DNA of 64,000 nt from Ancylonema sp. (lineage: Eukaryota): contig JBFLGF010000115.1 of the NCBI GenBank assembly GCA_050230475.1, positions 1-64,000 on the forward strand, read 5' to 3'. The position numbers and the translations under genes are program-made. The notes below the pieces were generated by a model, which saw only the letters and a program-made list of their open reading frames with translations, was not told the origin of the DNA and did not search any database. How positions within the stretch are numbered: the first letter of the stretch is position 1; every line of letters begins with the position of its first letter. Shown piece after piece: positions 57,264 to 64,000 of the stretch.

Positions 57264-57835
57264 AGGTATTTTACTAGAGAGGTCTGGATATTGTTACAAA
57301 GGGGTTTTTTAGCGTCATGACAGCTGACGTGCGGTTTGGATGGTGTAGGGGATGTGAGTTCGCAAGAGGACCAACAGATGGACCAATCTCTTATTTTGGA
57401 GCCTCTGTTTGAGGAAGGTGGGGGAGATGCAATGAACCTCGATCATGATGACGCGGTCGTGATCCTTCTTATCACCGATACATCATCCACGTGTGCTTAT
57501 TCATCCAACCCCGACGCTGGGCACCCACTTGGGCTGGCTCTCCGAGTTCCATGATAGATACGCAAGAGGGGATGGAGACGGATGATGAGGAATACTTTCT
57601 CGCATACGAAAGTCTAGAAGCTTCTAAAGACATGGACTCTTCCGACGACGAAGGTGAAGGGGATGTCTTGATGGAAGTTGGAGAGGAGGAGGCGGCGGTG
57701 GCGGTGGTGATGGAATGGGGACGGGAGGAGGAGATGTGTGACGTCTTCTTTGAAGCGCAGGTGGAGCGTGGAATGCAATACTGGTTGCCACAAGCCTGCC
57801 ACGTCTCACCCCATGTGGGAGATGCCCCTCATGAC

Positions 57836-60800
57836 TAAAACGATTTGTCACTTAACGCGGTAGCGCACAAGTTCACTGCTTTACAATACACGACAACAAA
57901 CTGTACGGTAAAGCAACAGCGTTTTGGTCAGCGATTTGGTATGATTGTGAAATGTAATTAGAAAAGCATTCTCGTCGGGCTAATGTACCCGACGTGGCGA
58001 CACCGGTACAATCATTACTGAACACTTTTCTAACCGACGGTCGGAACTATCGACCGCCGTCGTGCTACCGCACGTGTGTCTAGGACACGACTGTCACCAC
58101 ACAAATCCAACTAATGGAGTGGTGACACCGCATAGCATACTACAACGACTACTAGTTTGGTCACGTCCGTGCAAGTGTGGACGTGCCGTGTGCGGACGGA
58201 TACCCGGGTATAGCATTCCCGGCTCCGTGTCCTAAAAGGCTAAAAGGCAATTTAGCCGGACAAAGCAAACAAAGTTATTTTCGAGCCTATCCGAACTCAA
58301 ATTCCTAACACACCCCCTCGGATGCACAGCCTTGTTTGGCATCTAGTGCAAAAGAGGACTACCCTACAATAGCCGGGTAATTAGTTGGTCTTCCCTAGTC
58401 AAATATAATCACTAGGGGCTCCTATCTATATCATCTCAAATCATTACGCATGAACAAACGCTAACGATCCCGATCCTTGTCGTTTTTCGGGCCGAATCCC
58501 TGAACATACAAACAAAAACAACAAGTAAGTACAAACAAAAACATAAAAATTCATTTTTCACTTTCCAGTTTTGAATCCGAAAATTTTAAACTTGCATAAC
58601 TTCTTGAAAACATAACAAATCACTCTCAGACTTTGACACAACACTTGCAAGAGCAATATCAACATACATGAAAATTCAGATCAAAACAAGTTTAGGTGGA
58701 AAAAAGTTCAGTTTTCAGATTTTAACTTTTTCACATTTTTCTGGACTTTAAGACATTTTAAAGTTTGAGAGTTGGAAGGGACTCAGCTTTTAAAAAGAAT
58801 AGTAGTCCTCCACATCTGTGTCATACAAATCACCCCCTGCCAGATTAGACAGTGGATCCGAAATCTCCTCACCAGCAACACCTGTTTATTTTACTTTTCC
58901 AAAACCTACAAACTTTGAACTTTGTGTGCCTATCTAGCAAAAGTTGAGGCAAGACCTTAGTCAACATATCTGCTGGTTGCAAGTCCCCACTAAGATGTAC
59001 ATATCTCAGTCGACCATTTTTGTGGCATTCTCTGACCCAATGACAGACAACGTTAAAGTGTTTGGCTTTCTGGCGTTGGACTGGGTTGATGATCATAGAC
59101 AAGGCTGAGTTTGAGTCAGTATGAACAGTAATCTGGACTGGCATCTTAAGCTCATGGAGGAGCGACTTAAAGCAGCACTCTTTACTGACACTACATGCTG
59201 CAATATACTACTCTGCCTCTGCTTTGTGCCACTGTGGTTTGCTTCTGACTCTTCCAACTGAGGGCTGTCCCTCCTACTGTGGTGACCCATCCTGTGACTG
59301 ACTTAGCTGTCATAGGGCAACTGTTGAAACTTGCATCACAAAAACCTTTTATTTCCAAACTTTTCTTTCCCACAAACGTAAGACCGTGATCCTGAGTACC
59401 CTTTTGATAGCGGAAGAGATGATGAAGTGCCTTGATATGATTAGGGCCAGGGTTGGACATGTGTTTTGCTAGCTAGCACTCCTACGGGCAATGTCTAATC
59501 TGGTTGGTCTGTTTCATAGCATAGATTAAACTTCCTATCTTCCCTCTAAAGTCTGTGATAATTTCAGGGGGGAAGGGGGGAAAGAGGGTTCATCACTTAG
59601 GGAGAATTGGGTTCCAGGGGCAAGGGGAAGTTTGTTGGGTTACAGTCCCCCATACCATACCTATCCAGCACTTGTCTCACATACCCGCCCTGAGATAGTG
59701 TTAACATTCTGCACCCCCTATCACGTCTCACTTCCACCCCCAGGATGTGGGTTAGGGGACCTAAGTCTTTCAATCTTGAAAGCTGACCCTGACTCCTTCT
59801 TAAACTCAGCAATGACCTTTTTATTAGGACCTACAATGACCTGATCATCTACATGAATACCCAAAATAATTCTGCTCTGACCTCCACCCCTGGTATATAT
59901 ACATGTGTCCATAATAGACTGTCGGAAACCCACTTTCATCATGAACTCACTAAACATCTTAGCCCAGACGTGGCTACTCTGTTAAGACCATAGAGGGCAC
60001 CTCGAACTCTTAACACCTTTCCCTCACTACCACGTGGGATATTCATACCCGGGGGAATCGTCATGTAAATCTCTTCTTCTAACCGACCATGCAAGAATGC
60101 AGTCACTACGTCCATACCCTCGATTTCCCAGTCATTCTGGTTAGCTATAGCAAGCAGCAAGGAAATAGAAGTGCTATCTACAACAGGTGCAAACACCTCG
60201 TTGTAGTCGACACCCTCTTGCTGCAAAAATCCCTGAGCTACCAGTCTGACCCTATGCCTCTCGATCTCACCAGAAGGCAAGGTTTGAGTTTGAAGACATC
60301 TTTACAGCCAACAGGCCGTTTTCCAGCTGGAAGCACACACACTTCGAAGGTCTTGAAATCCTTCAGCGACTGCAGCTCAGTCTGAATAGCCTCCTCCCAC
60401 CTGCTGCCAATCAGGTCGTTTCTTTGCTTGGTTAAGGGTGAGTAGGTCAGAAGAGTTAGCTGTCTGGCTAGCAAGAACATAACCTGGATCAACTGGCCCA
60501 TTAAAAACCCGTGAAAAAATAGGAAGGCTCAAAGTTGTCAACAGGCATCTTGCCCACATGCAATAGCGTCAATGACATCCTCATCTAACTCTTCCCCATC
60601 ACATCAGCATACATCCCCAAACTCAGCAAAATTTACCCGACGTCCCATCACGCGATCTGCGATACTCTGATCCTCCACTCCCACTTCATCACCCCCTCCT
60701 TGCACCTCCTCATCCTCATCTGCACCCCCAATATCATTTACACCTGACTCCGAGAGCTCGATGACTTCTGGCTAGTGTGGCTGGGCGGCTGGTACATAGG

Positions 60801-63800
60801 CTGCAAGGACTGCTGGTACATGGGCTGCAAGGACTGCTGGTACATGGGCTGGTGTTCTGGCTGCTGCTGCTGGGTCATCATTTTCCTCACATGGGAAAAG
60901 TTTGATGAACTGTTCATCTGAGGGAGGGGAAAGTGGCTGCGCTGCTGCCTTCTTCCCCATCAATCGGGGGTAGCCTGGCACGAAATCGTAGAAGCGCACG
61001 TCTGTCCTCACGATGAGTCCAGCTCGCAGGGGATCGAAAATCCTGTACCCTGCCTGTTCAGCTGCCATCCCCAGAAACACCCCAAAGGCTGTCCTAGATG
61101 CAAACTTAGCACTCTTAGGGTCATTATCATGACCAACCTTCAAATACTGGACCAGGCACCCGAATGTGTGGCTGTCCTGATACCTAACCTTCTTGTTTGA
61201 CCAAACTTCACTCGGTTTCTCACCCCCCAATGCTGCTGTTGGTGACCTATTCCTTAGCCAGTTTGCATGCAAAACAGCAACATCCCAATAAGACTTAGGC
61301 AGTCCACTCCACAGCAGCAGGCATCTCATTTTCTCTAGCATCTATTCAGTCTTTCACAAATCCCATTCTGTTCAAGACTGTACGGACCTGTTAACTCATG
61401 CTTAAATCCTTTACTTTTAGCAAATTTTGTCCACTCGTGTGAGTCATACTCCCTTCCCATGTCAGTCCTGATCGACTTAAGCGGTAAGTCGGACTCGACT
61501 TCTAGCATCTGGACCAATTCCCTTGTAACTTCTAGTGCCTCACTCTTTTTCTTCAGCAAATTGACAAAAGACACTCTTGTGCTGACCTCTATCCCTGACA
61601 GGAAATACTAGTACCCCCCATTTGCTGACATTACAGCCAAAGGCCCTACCAAATCCAAATGAATTATACCCATCTTTTGTGCCTGACCTAGATCCTCATC
61701 ACTGTCTGACCTAGACCGATGAGGCAGCTGAGTCATCTTGCCCTGGCTACAGATCTGACAGTTCTTGACCTGCTCGACCTCCTCATCAGTCAATCTCGGT
61801 ATATCACCAGTTCTAGACATCTGACATAGCATGGAGACCCGGGTGACCCATCTAACGTGCAGAGCATGCCAGTAGACGTGGTCAGTGCCACCAATGGCTT
61901 TGAAGCTGTAGGTGGGAGATGAACGACATGCGCAGAAAGCAGGAGTAACCCTAAACTGGTTTTCATAACATCTGCCCACTTTTCACCCCCCCCCACAGAC
62001 AGAGATGGCACCCCACTCTCACTGAGATTGAAGCCGTCTGAGCTTCCTTTGTTGAGCTTGTTGACGGAGACGAGAGTCTGGCCCAGCGATGGCACATGAA
62101 GCGACCGCAGCCCAAAGTAGAATTTCCGGTCTCCGCAGGTCACCTGGGTTGCGACGATGCCAATTCCCATGACCTGATGAGGTCTATTGTCAGCTGTCCT
62201 GACGAAACTGCAGCTGAGGGGGACATTGGAGTCGTAGGAGTGGAACTGGTCGCGTCGAGGGAAGACGTGGTCCGTGGCCCCTGTGTCCAGATACTGGCCC
62301 TCCTCTTCTTGCGATGCTGACAGCACCTGACTGCTGCATGGGAACATTGTCATCCCAAAATGCCCCTCTCCTACCCCTCCCTTGAAGTCGAGTGCAGCTT
62401 TTCCGAAGCTCTGTACTCCTGCAAAGTTCGCCCATCTTACTTGGCTAGCAGCATCCCTGCCTCATTACAGTGCAGGCGTCATGATCATGGCCAGGTCGCT
62501 TGCATAGGTACACGACAAGGCATTCTGCTGCTGTTGTCCTCCTTGCTGTCGATTCTTTCCATACTGCTGCCCTCCGCTACGTTCTCCACCGAACTGCTGC
62601 CGTCCTCCTTGATGTCGGTCCCTGTCCGCCTGAGTGCTGGCTATCGGGCCGCTGCGATCGTCGGCAGTCTCGCATGAGGTGGCCTGGCGCATTGCAGTTG
62701 TGGCATTTCTTCTGAGGTCCAGCTCTTCGAGCCTGGCCACCTCCATCTCCGTTCGGGCAGCTAGTTTCGATAGTGGCCGAACTGGCTGACAACCGTGGCA
62801 AGCGGACGTTGTTGAAGTCTGGCTCTTGCTGGGGCCAGCCGCTAGGTCCGGCTCCGCCAGATCCCCCATAGTGGGCTTGCGGGCCGTCAAGAGGCTCGCC
62901 ACGCTTCCGCGCGCTGACGATGAGCTTGGTGTCTTTGCGGTGTAGAGCCGAGGTGATGTGGGGGATAGTGTAGAGGGTCGGAGAAGACTCTGCCCAGCTC
63001 TGAACGACCTCCACCATGGAGTCGTAGCGGGAGCTGAGGCAGTTTATTAGGTTTGTCGCCTGGTCTACTTCGCTGACTGGCTTCCCCAGGTGCGCATGCT
63101 CTCCATGGATGACCTGCAGTCGTTTGACAAACTGACAAACTCCTGTAAGTCTTCTGCCTCCGCCATTACCGTAGCACTCAGTTTAGTCAGGGCATTAGCT
63201 ACTTCAATAGCGCCCTGGACTTCGTAAAATGATGCACATTTCAAAAGCGTAATTACAATCCCTGACATGGACCTACTCTAACGGACCTAAGAACCGAACA
63301 ATGTAGGCCTGCGCCTTTAAGTCCTGTGCATCCTAAGCATCAACAAGTACATTCCTAGCATCGACATTTTGTTGGTGTGTGTTGGCAGCTGCTATTCTAG
63401 CTGCAGCATCACCAATCAATGACTCGACTACTGCCTGAGTCAGCGGCTCGATAACAGCTGGGCGAGGTATTCTCGTCCTCCCTTTGAAGCGATGACATAT
63501 CAATGAAGCTCTTTCTCGATCAGGCCGAACATGACCTTAAAGGCCCATCCCTGATATGCTGCTCCGGTGAACTGGGGAATAATTGCCTTATCCGCCATCT
63601 GCACCAGAGTTAATACACAAATTCCAACACAAAATATGCAGCAGCTAACAGATCTAGCAAAACTTTGGCGGCAATTTGGAACACGAAGCTCTCAGCTCAC
63701 AATGCAAAATAGAAGCAGAACGTAATTCAAAATACGAGCTAGCAATTCGGATCTAATTGCCCTAACAATTAGGCATTTACCTTGATTTCCAGAGCAACTT

Positions 63801-64000
63801 TGCCTGGTGAAAACGTGGAAATCTATAGGATCCGACCGATCAGATGTCCTAGACATGTGGGCCCATAACCTAAAACGATTTGTCACTTAACACGGTAGCG
63901 CACAAGTTCATTGCTTTACAATACACGACAATAAACTGTACGGTAAAGCAACATCGTTTTGGTATTGTGAAATGTAGTTAGAAAAGCATTCTCGTCGGGC
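57836..64000 (-). mobile_element. Near full-length, frameshifted Ty1/copia element (5' LTR runs off the window)
   Basis: 3' LTR 57836-58310 matches the partial 5' LTR at 63871-64000. PBS GGTTATGGGCCCA at 63870-63858; PPT CGAGGGGGTG at 58320-58311. Gag MADKAIIPQFTG (about 63597), protease YLDTGATDH, integrase IHLDLVGP/RTDMGREY/NGICER, RT and RNase H (ADMLTK). Same family as 32022-38237. Confidence 0.93.

Overview
Eukaryotic, intron-rich genomic DNA with plant-type genes. A streptophyte green alga or other green-lineage organism is most likely (inference). I could splice together three intact genes by hand: a 17-exon USP40-like ubiquitin-specific protease (+, 749-11606), a 4-exon TMEM41/VTT-domain membrane protein (-, 18428-20150) and a 7-exon TFIIB (-, 22397-26714). 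A fourth, 18-kb locus (+, 30166-48332) is a plant-type extracellular LRR gene of about 19 one-LRR, phase-2/phase-2 exons plus a terminal cap exon. It has no visible first exon, three broken splice sites, and a rearranged Ty1/copia nest in its second intron. The rest is mobile DNA: decayed Ty1/copia elements with two clear primer-binding-site types and a tentative third, a 5'-truncated CRE-like non-LTR element, two pogo/Tc1-like MITE families (TA target) and hAT MITEs (8-bp TSDs), often nested. A 1.4-kb (GAT)/(AAT) microsatellite lies in a TFIIB intron. The most notable observations are the modular LRR exon array, a reconstructable inversion that flipped a 5' LTR together with its target-site duplication, a same-family MITE terminus 100-140 bp upstream of all three housekeeping start codons, and a UBA domain inserted just after the Cys-box of the USP. 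All comparisons were made by eye; no searches were run.
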